A DNA stretch of 64,000 nucleotides from Minisyncoccia bacterium (lineage in GTDB: Bacteria > Patescibacteriota > Minisyncoccia > Phycocordibacterales > Phycocordibacteraceae), in the NCBI GenBank assembly GCA_038207395.1, contig JBBQZW010000002.1, positions 309 through 64,308 on the forward strand, given 5' to 3'. Within the stretch, counting starts at the first letter, position 1; every line of letters starts with the position of its first letter. Under the pieces are notes generated by a model, which was not told the origin of the DNA, made no database searches, and worked only from the letters and a program-made list of their open reading frames with translations. Shown here piece by piece: positions 8,539 through 17,840 of the stretch. Both the position numbers and the translations under genes were made by a program.

Positions 8539-10770
8539 ATGGCAAAGCGAAAGTCGAAGAAGCGAGACGCAGAAAATATGGACGCGCTAGTTACCTGGGC
8601 TAGCGGTGTTTTATTAATTGCGCTTGGACTTATACTCGCGCTTGGCGCGGCAGGGTACGCTACAGGCAGTAACTTTGGAGGTGATATCGGTAACCTTATT
8701 TTTACCTATACCTATCAGGGATTGGGTATAGCCGCCTTCCTCTTACCGATAGGTGTTGCTGCTGCTGGTATCGGTGTTCTTATGAAAAGCAGTTTCAAAC
8801 CAACACTCACCAGTGTTGGTTTTACGCTCATACTGCTTTCAGCACTTACGTTCCTCGGTGCGGTCGACCCGAATATCGAAGGAGGTGTTGGTCCCGGGGG
8901 TTTAGCAGGAACATGGGCAGGACTTGAGGCAATTCATCTCTTTGGATTTGCCGGAGCAGTCATACTTTTAAGTGCGCTTATATTAGTAGGCCTTGGTCTC
9001 GTAACTGACATACAGACTCTCTTCGCTCAGATTGGAGCGGTGGGCAGTAGAGCCGGTGAGGCACTTACCTCCATTAAGCTTCCTTCACGAAGTAAGGTGG
9101 AAGATAGCGATGAGGAAGATGCTGAAGAAGAACCTGTTGAAATTCCAGCTACAGGATCTGTTGAGACTACAGACGTTCCTGAGCGTGAACCTACCGTTAC
9201 CCATTTCAATGAAAACATTGCAACTGGAGGAATAGCACCCGGCGCTATTCCAAGTTTTGATGCTGAATATAACCCTCCTCCCCTTTCACTTCTTGGTGTT
9301 GATAAAGGAAAACCTGGAGTTGGTGATATTAAGGCAAATGCAAATATCATAAAGCGCACCTTTATTAACTTTGGTATTTCTGTGGAGATGGATGAAGTAT
9401 CTGTCGGACCAACAGTTACCCGCTACGCCATCAAACCTGCTGAAGGTGTCCGTCTTTCAAAGATAGTTGCCCTTCAGCAGAATCTTGAGCTTGCCCTTGC
9501 TGCGCATCCTGTTCGTATTGAAGCTCCTATTCCCGGTAAGTCGCTAGTAGGTATTGAGGTACCAAATGCATCAAAGGCAATGGTCGGTCTTGGTGGCATT
9601 ATGAATGCTCCTGAGTGGAATACGAGCACGAAGCCGCTCCTTGCCGCTATTGGGCGTGATATTGCCGGAACTCCTCATTACGTGAACGTTGCGAAGATGC
9701 CTCATGGTCTTATCGCAGGCGCTACAGGTTCTGGAAAGTCCGTTGCTATCCATGCAGTTATCGCTTCCCTCTTGTATCGAAATGGTCCAAATGCCCTTCG
9801 TTTTATTATGGTTGATCCTAAACGCGTTGAACTTACCCTTTATAACGGCATTCCTCATCTCCTTACGCCTGTAATTACGGATCCTAAAAAAGCCATCATG
9901 TCTCTCAAATGGGCAGCAAAAGAAATGGATCGCCGTTACGGCATCCTTGAAGGTGAACAGGTTCGCGATATTGATTCGTACCATAAAACGGTACTTGAGC
10001 CGGCAAAGAAGAAAGCTGAAAAGAATCCAGGGCTTGAGATTCCAGAAGCACTCCCCTACATCGTTATCGTTATCGATGAGCTCGCTGATATCATGCAGAC
10101 CTTCCCCCGTGAACTTGAAGCAGCTATCGTCCGCCTCGCACAGATGTCACGCGCTGTGGGTATTCACCTCATTCTTTCTACCCAACGTCCGTCCGTGAAC
10201 GTTATTACCGGTCTCATTAAAGCGAACGTTCCGACCCGTCTTGCCCTACAGGTTTCTTCTCAGATTGATTCACGTACTATTTTGGACACCGGTGGTGCTG
10301 AACAGCTTCTTGGTGCTGGTGACATGCTCTACATGAGCGCAGATATGCAAAAGCCGGTACGTGTCCAGACTGCATTTATTTCAGAAAGTGAGGTTAAAAA
10401 GGTTGCTCAATATATTAAGCAAAACAATGCAGGTAACCTCACCTCTATGGACCTCACGGGAGGTGCTGTGGCCGTACATGAGAATAACGACGCCGTGATG
10501 CTTGGTTCTGGTATGCAGGACATGATGGATGACGACAGCGATGATGACCTCTACATGGAAGCAAAGTCAGCGGTAGAGGAGGCTGGACGCGCTTCAACGT
10601 CCTATCTCCAGCGTAAGCTTCGTATCGGATACTCTCGTGCTGCCCGTCTTATGGATATCCTCGAAGAAAAAGGTGTTATTGGTCCTGCAGACGGATCCCG
10701 TCCCCGTGAAATCCTCAGCCAGGGTGGCTCTGGTGGAAGTGCTCCAGATACAGAAGAAGAGGATCTGTAG
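8539..10770 (+). CDS. ftsK: DNA translocase FtsK/SpoIIIE
   Basis: N-terminal TMs, 'RIEAPIPGKS', 'AGATGSGKS', 'IDELAD', gamma domain 'STSYLQRKLRIGYSRAAR'. Confidence 0.97.
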   Translation: MAKRKSKKRDAENMDALVTWASGVLLIALGLILALGAAGYATGSNFGGDIGNLIFTYTYQGLGIAAFLLPIGVAAAGIGVLMKSSFKPTLTSVGFTLILLSALTFLGAVDPNIEGGVGPGGLAGTWAGLEAIHLFGFAGAVILLSALILVGLGLVTDIQTLFAQIGAVGSRAGEALTSIKLPSRSKVEDSDEEDAEEEPVEIPATGSVETTDVPEREPTVTHFNENIATGGIAPGAIPSFDAEYNPPPLSLLGVDKGKPGVGDIKANANIIKRTFINFGISVEMDEVSVGPTVTRYAIKPAEGVRLSKIVALQQNLELALAAHPVRIEAPIPGKSLVGIEVPNASKAMVGLGGIMNAPEWNTSTKPLLAAIGRDIAGTPHYVNVAKMPHGLIAGATGSGKSVAIHAVIASLLYRNGPNALRFIMVDPKRVELTLYNGIPHLLTPVITDPKKAIMSLKWAAKEMDRRYGILEGEQVRDIDSYHKTVLEPAKKKAEKNPGLEIPEALPYIVIVIDELADIMQTFPRELEAAIVRLAQMSRAVGIHLILSTQRPSVNVITGLIKANVPTRLALQVSSQIDSRTILDTGGAEQLLGAGDMLYMSADMQKPVRVQTAFISESEVKKVAQYIKQNNAGNLTSMDLTGGAVAVHENNDAVMLGSGMQDMMDDDSDDDLYMEAKSAVEEAGRASTSYLQRKLRIGYSRAARLMDILEEKGVIGPADGSRPREILSQGGSGGSAPDTEEEDL

Positions 10771-10776
10771 CCCCTT

Positions 10777-11100
10777 ATGAGCCTTACGACCCGCGCAATA
10801 AGCATATTCCTCCTACTCCTCGTGCTCTCCTATGGCTTTGTGAAGGCACTTCCCCTCCTACGAGGACCCAGTATCAGCATCTCAAGCATAACGACCAACG
10901 AAGTAGGCTTAACGCTTCTTTCAGGAACGGCAGCTCATACTGAAAAACTGTCTCTAAATGGAGGCACGCAATTGATTGATAGCGAGGGTCATTTCTCGAC
11001 CCAGCTGATGCTTCCCCGCGGAGGCGCTATACTTAGCCTAACGGCAACCGACCGCTTTGGGCGCAGCCGAACGCTTGAGCGGACCGTGATTACCCCGTAA
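10777..11100 (+). CDS. Small membrane-anchored Ig-like hypothetical protein
   Basis: N-terminal TM; 'LSLNG...G.FS....L..G...LTATDRFGR'. Confidence 0.65.
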   Translation: MSLTTRAISIFLLLLVLSYGFVKALPLLRGPSISISSITTNEVGLTLLSGTAAHTEKLSLNGGTQLIDSEGHFSTQLMLPRGGAILSLTATDRFGRSRTLERTVITP

Positions 11101-11123
11101 TTTATCATTTTAGATCTCGTTAT

Positions 11124-12239
11124 ATGCCAGCAAAGAAAGTCGCAAAGTTCTCAAAAAAGAAAAGCACCTCTACCCCCGAAGAAGAAATGGGTATGGAAGC
11201 TGATGTAGATATTGATGCCGAAGATACTCCGAAAGGTCCTAAGGATACTGACGCTGAGGCTCGCAGAAAATCTATCGAGCTTGCGATAAAGGAAATCAAA
11301 ACAAAATTCGGTGATGAAGCAATAATGACGTACGGCTCGACGAAACCGTCAGCTATTGAATCCATCCCAACCGGCTCTATCGGTCTTGATGCCGCACTTG
11401 GTATCGGCGGACTTCCCCGTGGACGTATCATTGAAATATTTGGCCCGGAGTCTTCAGGTAAGACAACCCTTGCCTTGCACTCTATTGCAGAGGCGCAGAA
11501 GAAAGGTGGAGTATGTGCGTTTGTGGATGCTGAGCACGCGCTTGATCCTGAGTATGCACGAAAGATTGGGGTGAAGCTCGGAGAGCTTCTTATCTCACAG
11601 CCTGACACCGGAGAACAAGCGCTTGAGATTGTTGAATCTCTTGTCCGTGCAAACTCCGTAGACATCATTGTTGTGGACTCGGTCGCAGCACTCACACCAA
11701 AAGATGAGATCGAAGGCGACATGGGAGCACACCACGTGGGTAAGCAGGCGCGTCTCATGAGCCAGGCACTTCGAAAGCTGACCGCCATCACGGCAAAGTC
11801 AAAGACGACCGTTATTTTCATTAACCAGATCCGCATGCAGATTGGCGTGATGTTTGGTAACCCAGAAACAACTCCCGGTGGTAAGGCACTTAAGTTCTAT
11901 ACGTCTGTTCGTCTTGATATACGCCGTATCGCGCAGATTAAGAAGGGTGAGGAGATTGTGGGAGGACGCGTTCGTGTGAAGGTTGTTAAGAACAAAGTGG
12001 CCGCTCCATTCAAGACCACTGAGTTTGATCTTATGTACAACGAAGGTATTTCCCGAGAAGGTGAGATCATCGCACTCGGTGAGAAGTATGACATTGTGAC
12101 AAAGTCAGGCTCAAGCTACAGCTATGGTGAACAGAAGCTCGGCCGTGGGTATGACGCAACGCGCACGTTCCTTCGTGAGAATAAACCTATCGCAACAGAG
12201 ATTCTGAAGAAGATTCGGGTTGAGTTGGATAAGGCGTAA
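11124..12239 (+). CDS. recA: Recombinase RecA with charged N-terminal extension
   Basis: 'GPESSGKTT', '[26 protein letters not shown]'. Confidence 0.99.
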   Translation: MPAKKVAKFSKKKSTSTPEEEMGMEADVDIDAEDTPKGPKDTDAEARRKSIELAIKEIKTKFGDEAIMTYGSTKPSAIESIPTGSIGLDAALGIGGLPRGRIIEIFGPESSGKTTLALHSIAEAQKKGGVCAFVDAEHALDPEYARKIGVKLGELLISQPDTGEQALEIVESLVRANSVDIIVVDSVAALTPKDEIEGDMGAHHVGKQARLMSQALRKLTAITAKSKTTVIFINQIRMQIGVMFGNPETTPGGKALKFYTSVRLDIRRIAQIKKGEEIVGGRVRVKVVKNKVAAPFKTTEFDLMYNEGISREGEIIALGEKYDIVTKSGSSYSYGEQKLGRGYDATRTFLRENKPIATEILKKIRVELDKA

Positions 12240-12245
12240 ATAGTA

Positions 12246-12384
12246 AAAACAAAAACACTCCGTTTGCGAGAGCGCTCCGGGCCACCCCAAGGGTACTTCC
12301 AAATTACTAAGTCACTACGTTCTTAAGTAATTTGGGGTGCGCTAGGCCCGGGTCTTACTCTCGCAAACGGAGTGTTTTTGTTTT
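12246..12384. repeat. 139-bp nested inverted-repeat element (MITE/REP-like)
   Basis: 27-bp perfect terminal IR (12246-12272 / 12358-12384) with inner stems. Confidence 0.75.
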
Positions 12385-12392
12385 CCCGTATC

Positions 12393-12731
12393 TTACGTGG
12401 TGAGTCGAGAGAGAGGTTTAATCCTGACTAGACGAACTACTTCACACAGAAACCAAAATATAGCGACAAAGACAAGAAGTATGAGTATCTGAACAATGAA
12501 ATGAGTGTGTGAAAAAGCTGAAAGTCCAAATCGGATAACGCCAGGAATATCTGTACTGCTTGGCATATTTTGAAACACCCGTGCAACCCATACTTCCCTA
12601 CCAATTACATATAGTGCGGCGATAAGTGTTAGTACTGAAATACCTATCCCGGTTGCAGAGGTGCGGAGCGCATGAATGGTGCGAATGCGCTGCATTACTA
12701 TTTCTTGGATACGTGAATTATTCATAATCAT
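12393..12731 (-). CDS. Small 2-TM membrane protein, candidate anti-sigma factor
   Basis: Overlaps the 3' end of the ECF sigma gene; two hydrophobic helices. Confidence 0.55.
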   Translation of the reverse strand: MIMNNSRIQEIVMQRIRTIHALRTSATGIGISVLTLIAALYVIGREVWVARVFQNMPSSTDIPGVIRFGLSAFSHTHFIVQILILLVFVAIFWFLCEVVRLVRIKPLSRLTT

Positions 12732-13320
12732 GAGTAGAGTGAGTCATTGCTTCTTTTGCTATTTTCTTTGCTCGGAACACCCGCGTCTTTATGGCCGGTA
12801 CCGTCGCACCTTCCAGAAGCGCAATTTCTTCCTGCGTCTTACCTTCAAGAAACTGAAGCCGTAAAAGGCGTGCGCACGATTCAGGGACTCGGGATAACAC
12901 ATTAAGGACTTCATTTCGAATTGATAATTCGTCCAGAAATGATTCAGTATCCGGGAGTCGTTCAAATGCTTCGGACTCTAAGGCGAGCATACGTCCATTG
13001 TCCCTCTTTAACTTCTGATATCGGGTGAAGCAAAGACGGGTGAGAATAGTATAGGCCCATGAAGAAAATTGTGCCCCTGACTGTGCCTCATATTTATCTG
13101 CATAGAGATATATACGGGTAAACGTGTCTTGGACCACTTCTTGAGCATCCTCATGGGAACGCAGGATGTGCTTGGCACGACGAAGGAATGGGGATTCATA
13201 TCGTTCTACGAGAATAGCGAAGGCATCTGGGAGATCTTTGGACGCGAAAAGGACCTCCTCATCGGGGGCGTCTTTCAGAGTCTCGAGCGATTTTGAATAC
13301 CGCATTACGTCTTGTATCAT
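12718..13320 (-). CDS. ECF RNA polymerase sigma factor
   Basis: 'DAQEVVQDTF', 'FSSWAYTI', region 4 'EEIA...G....AIKTRVFRAK'. Confidence 0.9.
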   Translation of the reverse strand: MIQDVMRYSKSLETLKDAPDEEVLFASKDLPDAFAILVERYESPFLRRAKHILRSHEDAQEVVQDTFTRIYLYADKYEAQSGAQFSSWAYTILTRLCFTRYQKLKRDNGRMLALESEAFERLPDTESFLDELSIRNEVLNVLSRVPESCARLLRLQFLEGKTQEEIALLEGATVPAIKTRVFRAKKIAKEAMTHSTHDYE

Positions 13321-13416
13321 ACCCCAGTCGGCTTAGTACCCATATCAGGGTACTAGCTATAACCTCCGGCATCTCGCATTCGTTTCAATTATTCCTCTTT
13401 TCAGTATCATTCCCCT

Positions 13417-13992
13417 ATGGCAATCCTTTCCTATAACGAAATAACACAGAAGAAAGTCATTGAGTACAACAATGAACCATACGAAGTACTTTCTTCGCAC
13501 GTCTTTCGTATGCAGCAGCGCAAACCAGTGAATCAGACAAAACTACGTCATTTAGTGTCTGGCAAAGTAACCGAAATTTCATTCCACCAAAGCGAAACGG
13601 TTCCAGAAGCAGACATTAGTAAGATGCAGGCGCAGTACCTGTATACGAACCGCGGAGAGTCCTGGTTCGCTGAAGAAGGTAACGCGAAGAATCGGTTCGC
13701 CTTTCCTGAAGCAGATGTCTCAGACAAAGTGAAGTGGCTAAAGATTGGATCGACCGTCGAGGTAATGCTTTACAAGGACAATCCTGCAACTATCGATATT
13801 CCGATCAAAATTGAACTTACGGTTACAGAAGCTCCTCCAGGAATTAAGGGCGACACCGCAACTGGCGGAAATAAGCTCGTGAAGCTTGAATCAGGAGCAG
13901 GAGTTCTAACTCCCCTCTTCATAAACGAAGGTGATGTTATTCGTATCAATAGCGATACAGGTGAATACGTGGAGCGAGTGAACAAAGCGTAG
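13417..13992 (+). CDS. efp: Elongation factor P
   Basis: 'PGIKGDTA.GG.K...LESG..V.TPLFI.EGD.I..NS.TGEYV.R'. Confidence 0.95.
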   Translation: MAILSYNEITQKKVIEYNNEPYEVLSSHVFRMQQRKPVNQTKLRHLVSGKVTEISFHQSETVPEADISKMQAQYLYTNRGESWFAEEGNAKNRFAFPEADVSDKVKWLKIGSTVEVMLYKDNPATIDIPIKIELTVTEAPPGIKGDTATGGNKLVKLESGAGVLTPLFINEGDVIRINSDTGEYVERVNKA

Positions 13993-14052
13993 AGAAAACA
14001 AAAAACTTCCCGCAACCAGATCATTTAGGTTGCGGGAAGTTTTTTGTTTTCT
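13993..14052. terminator. Long bidirectional terminator between efp and rpsR
   Basis: agaaaacaaaaaacttcccgcaacc / ggttgcgggaagttttttgttttct. Confidence 0.8.
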
Positions 14053-14059
14053 ATCTAAA

Positions 14060-14266
14060 CTACGCAGCAAGATATGGCAGAAGTGCCATATAGCGAGCAC
14101 GCTTGATTGCAAGGGTGATTTCGCGCTGCTTTCCTGAGCTCATTCCCGTTCGCTTCTTCGCAAGAATCTTTGCGTGTGGATTCATGAACTGGCGGAGATA
14201 CGCTACGTCCTTATAGTCTACAAATTTCTTGTGCTCAAGTTCTTCGCGCTGTGATTGATGTGCCAT
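14060..14266 (-). CDS. rpsR: 30S ribosomal protein bS18 (Cys-free type)
   Basis: 'VDYKD..YLRQF', 'KQREIT.AIKRARYMALLPY'. Confidence 0.97.
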   Translation of the reverse strand: MAHQSQREELEHKKFVDYKDVAYLRQFMNPHAKILAKKRTGMSSGKQREITLAIKRARYMALLPYLAA

Positions 14267-14366
14267 GGATACTTTTGTTAACAGAGTGAAACTCTGGGGT
14301 GTTAGTAGGAGCTAGGCTCCGGCTGGGTAATACGAGGAGTATGCCTCGGGGGTTAGTAAATTGCAA
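14267..14366 (-). promoter_or_regulatory. Promoter TTGCAA-N17-CATACT + leader, copy 2 (rpsR)
   Basis: 46-bp block 14300-14345 identical to 15466-15511. Confidence 0.75.
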
Positions 14367-14385
14367 ACGAGAGAGCGTTCTGGGT

Positions 14386-14910
14386 CTAAAACGGAATATC
14401 CTCTGGGTTGATCTCATCATCCGGATACTGGATGGATTCTCCACCCACTGAAGGTCCTCCGAAGTCGTCCATTGGATTTCCTGATGCAGCTGAGGGCGCG
14501 CTTGATGGGCGTGATGAGCTTCCGTCAGCACTCTGAGCACCTGAGCTCATTCCGCCCATTCCTGGGCCTCCAGCACCCGCTCCTCCTGCCTGAGGGCCAA
14601 ACTGGAAGTTATCAACAACGATTTCCGTACGGTAATTCTTCTTTCCATCTGCTTCCCACGAACGAGTCTGGATGCGTCCTTCAAGAAACACCGGACGTCC
14701 CTTCTTTAGATACTGCCCAATGACTTCAGCCTGGCGACCAAATGCCACAATATTGTGATATTCCGTCTGATCCTGCTGCTGTCCCTCTTTGTTTTTAAAG
14801 GAACGGTTGGTGGCAATAGAGAAACTTGCTACTTGCTGCCCTCCGGGGAGCGCACGCAGTTCTGGGTCGCGGGTAAGGTTTCCGTAGAGGAATGCTTTGT
14901 TGAGATACAT
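14386..14910 (-). CDS. ssb: Single-stranded DNA-binding protein
   Basis: 'LNKAFLYGNLTRDPELR'; C-terminal 'DIPF'. Confidence 0.98.
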   Translation of the reverse strand: MYLNKAFLYGNLTRDPELRALPGGQQVASFSIATNRSFKNKEGQQQDQTEYHNIVAFGRQAEVIGQYLKKGRPVFLEGRIQTRSWEADGKKNYRTEIVVDNFQFGPQAGGAGAGGPGMGGMSSGAQSADGSSSRPSSAPSAASGNPMDDFGGPSVGGESIQYPDDEINPEDIPF

Positions 14911-14946
14911 ATGCTCTTAGTGTATCACTTCAAAATACTGACCTGC

Positions 14947-15456
14947 TTACGCAGCCTCTTCTGCAGCGGGAGCAGGGACGGTTTCAGCTTCTGGCTCTAC
15001 AGCAGCTGCTTCTGCAGCATCATCCTCTTCTCCCTGCTGAAGCGCAGCCTGAGCAAACATTTCCTGCATTTCTGCTGAATGCTTTGCTTCGTCTACAGTT
15101 GAGCGAATATCGAGGAAACGAATGATACGGAGGTCAGTTCGTGCCATTTCTCCGATACGGTCATGTCCTGCACCATCTGCTTCGTACGCAATCCAGCAAA
15201 AGAATGCTGAGTTAAAATCACGACGTCCGGCAGTGTTTGAACGTGAAATGGTGTATGCAAGAGGGATTTTAACGGGCTCCCCTTCTGCAACGACCGTACC
15301 AACACTCGCGACGAGTTCACGAACTGCATGGTACGCCTTCTTTACTTCCTCCTGAGGAAGTTCTGGATCAAGATGAAAACCGAGCTCGTATACACGTGGC
15401 TCTGGGCCACTTTCTTCGAGTCCTTCAATAACGAGCGCTTCTTTTTGTTTTGCCAT
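14947..15456 (-). CDS. rpsF: 30S ribosomal protein bS6 with acidic extensions
   Basis: 'YELGFHL.P', 'LAYTI', 'IIRFL'; rpsF-ssb-rpsR synteny. Confidence 0.9.
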   Translation of the reverse strand: MAKQKEALVIEGLEESGPEPRVYELGFHLDPELPQEEVKKAYHAVRELVASVGTVVAEGEPVKIPLAYTISRSNTAGRRDFNSAFFCWIAYEADGAGHDRIGEMARTDLRIIRFLDIRSTVDEAKHSAEMQEMFAQAALQQGEEDDAAEAAAVEPEAETVPAPAAEEAA

Positions 15457-15532
15457 GGATACTTTTGTTAGTAGGAGCTAGGCTCCGGCTGGGTAATACG
15501 AGGAGTATGCCCTCTGAAAGACGAAATTGCAA
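15457..15532 (-). promoter_or_regulatory. Promoter TTGCAA-N17-CATACT + leader, copy 1 (rpsF); S6:S18-leader-like
   Basis: CCG followed by hairpin ggagc-cta-gctcc; duplicated upstream of rpsR. Confidence 0.75.
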
Positions 15533-15542
15533 CCTGGCCGGG

Positions 15543-16346
15543 CTAAAGATTTCCTGTAGGAACCTTAAAAACTCGTTCAACATTTTGAAGGATATCCCCA
15601 CGAACCTTTTCCGAATCCAGCCCTCGAATTCCCGCTATTGCCTCAATAATGGCAGGGACGGCGCGCGGATCATTTCGCTTACCTCGGTTCGGAGCGGGTG
15701 CCACGTACGGAGAGTCTGTCTCGGTAATAAGATGCGTTAGCGGAGCAAATCGGACGACATCGTCATACTCGTGCGTAAATGTAAGAACGGCAGTATAGGA
15801 AAGCGTGAAGTCTAGCTCAATGAGTTTACGAGCTTCGTCAACTCCTCCGACAAAAAAATGAATATTCCCACTCAACGCATCCCCATACTCATGCTTAGCT
15901 GAAGTGAGAATATCAATAAGGTCACGGTATGCATCCTGAGTACCTTTTGCGGGACGTGCATGAATCATTAAAGGCTTTCGTACTGAAGCGGCTAAGTGCA
16001 CATGCTCAAAGAATACGTTTCGTTGTACTGGTTTCGCCACGTCCACATCTTCAGGTCGGTAGTTATCTAACCCGCACTCCCCTATCGCAACTACTTTCGG
16101 ATGCTGTGCTAATTCTATATAGTCCTCAATCCCTCTAAACTCCTGTGCACTATTTGGGTGAAGTCCCACCGACGCAAATAACGTCTTTGAATCCTCAACG
16201 AGATCAATCGCTTTTTCTGAAGAATCCAGATCAACACCAACAACAATGCCCCCAATCTCCTTCTTATCCATCGAAGTCATTAGTTCGACACGATCTTCGT
16301 CGTACTGTGGAAACTGAATGTGACAGTGCGCGTCAAAGTATTTCAT
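15543..16346 (-). CDS. tatD: TatD family nuclease
   Basis: 'DAHCH', 'GLHP', 'IGECGLD', 'ETDSPY'. Confidence 0.93.
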   Translation of the reverse strand: MKYFDAHCHIQFPQYDEDRVELMTSMDKKEIGGIVVGVDLDSSEKAIDLVEDSKTLFASVGLHPNSAQEFRGIEDYIELAQHPKVVAIGECGLDNYRPEDVDVAKPVQRNVFFEHVHLAASVRKPLMIHARPAKGTQDAYRDLIDILTSAKHEYGDALSGNIHFFVGGVDEARKLIELDFTLSYTAVLTFTHEYDDVVRFAPLTHLITETDSPYVAPAPNRGKRNDPRAVPAIIEAIAGIRGLDSEKVRGDILQNVERVFKVPTGNL

Positions 16347-16376
16347 AGGGGCGTGGAATTCAGTAGAAAGAAGTAT

Positions 16377-17813
16377 TTACGCCAAACGAGGGAATAAATT
16401 CTCTGGCTTCTTATTCTCCCGTACTGCAGCAAATATTTGTTCGCTCGTTGTTGGCATACAGGGAGCAAGGTGAAGTGCAATCTTTGCAACATGCTTCACG
16501 AGTTTTGCGATGTCTTCTTTTCCCTGCTCTTTTGTTGCTTCTTCCTTAACCGCCTTGTATGGCGCACGCTCTGTCATAAATTCGTCGCCGCGCGCAATCT
16601 GTTCCCAGATTATGTCAGCAACTTCGGTAAAGGCGAACGTGTTCATGTGCTTAGTAAGCTGAACGTCTATGAGTATATCTTCAGGGCCGAGCACTACGGG
16701 TTTCTCAAGATGTTCTTCAGCAAGTTTCATAACACGCGCCACCAAATTACCGAGACCGTTCACGAGATTAGCCGTATACCATTCATCCAAGCGCTCCCAG
16801 GTGATATCTGAGTCGTCTGTTGGGTGCGCATGCCTAATGAGCAGATAGCGTGTTGCATCCATACCGTATTTCTCAATGAGCTCATACGGACTAATGACAT
16901 TGCCTATCGACTTACTCATCTTCTGTCCGCCTGAGTTAATAAAGCCGTGATAGAACACTTGATCGGTGGTTTTAATATCAGCAGACATCAGCATGGCTTG
17001 CCAAATAAGTGACTGGAACCGTACCTGGTCTTTCCCCGCCACCTGCACCACACGCCCATCTGTCCAGAATTTCGTAAAGTTTCCTTCTGGATCCTTGGGC
17101 CAGCCGAGTGTTGAAATGTAATTAGTCAGCGCATCAAACCACACGTACATGACTTGAGAATCATCACCGGGGACTGGAACACCCCAACTCATACGCGCAA
17201 CCTCACGCGAAATACTAAAATCCTCAAGGCCATTTTGAACAAAATGTAATGCTTCCTTTCGGCGAAACTCTGGCACTATCACCGATTCCTGTGAAAGATA
17301 TGCTATGAGTTTTTCTTGGTACGCCGAAAACTTAAAGAAATAGTTCTCTTCTTCGATACTCACCAAGTCCTGATTCGGGTGATTTGGACAGCGACCATTA
17401 ACGAGATCTGTTTCTTTAACAAACATCTCATCACCCACACAGTACAAACCAGTGTATTTCTTCTTATAGATATCCCCCGCTGCTTCACAGCGTTTCCATA
17501 GTTCTTGCGCAGCTGCGGTATGGGCTGGATCAGTGGTACGAATGAAGTGATCGTACGAAAGTCCGAGCGCTTCGCCGAGCTTCTTAAACTCAGCCGCATA
17601 GTGATCCACATATTCCTGCACATCTTTCCCTTCTGACTCAGCTTTTTGAAAGATCTTCTGTCCGTGTTCATCGGTACCGGTGCTGAAAAACACCTCGTCA
17701 CCTTCAAGGCGCCAGGTGCGCGCTAATACATCTGCCTGAAGAAATTCAAGCGCATGTCCTATGTGCGGATCAGCATTAACGTATGGAAGAGTCGTTGTTA
17801 GATACCGGTTCAT
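16377..17813 (-). CDS. metG: Methionyl-tRNA synthetase (short form, no C-terminal tRNA-binding domain)
   Basis: 'YVNADPHIGH', 'GTDEHG', 'YVWFDAL', 'KMSKS'. Confidence 0.96.
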   Translation of the reverse strand: MNRYLTTTLPYVNADPHIGHALEFLQADVLARTWRLEGDEVFFSTGTDEHGQKIFQKAESEGKDVQEYVDHYAAEFKKLGEALGLSYDHFIRTTDPAHTAAAQELWKRCEAAGDIYKKKYTGLYCVGDEMFVKETDLVNGRCPNHPNQDLVSIEEENYFFKFSAYQEKLIAYLSQESVIVPEFRRKEALHFVQNGLEDFSISREVARMSWGVPVPGDDSQVMYVWFDALTNYISTLGWPKDPEGNFTKFWTDGRVVQVAGKDQVRFQSLIWQAMLMSADIKTTDQVFYHGFINSGGQKMSKSIGNVISPYELIEKYGMDATRYLLIRHAHPTDDSDITWERLDEWYTANLVNGLGNLVARVMKLAEEHLEKPVVLGPEDILIDVQLTKHMNTFAFTEVADIIWEQIARGDEFMTERAPYKAVKEEATKEQGKEDIAKLVKHVAKIALHLAPCMPTTSEQIFAAVRENKKPENLFPRLA

Positions 17814-17840
17814 ATATATACGATACTCCCGAACGCAGCT

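Noticed and set aside
11120-11836. 238-aa ORF antisense to recA (similarly those opposite rplL, ftsK, argS, pilB, holA)
   Set aside because: Shadow frames of well-supported genes; no motifs of their own.
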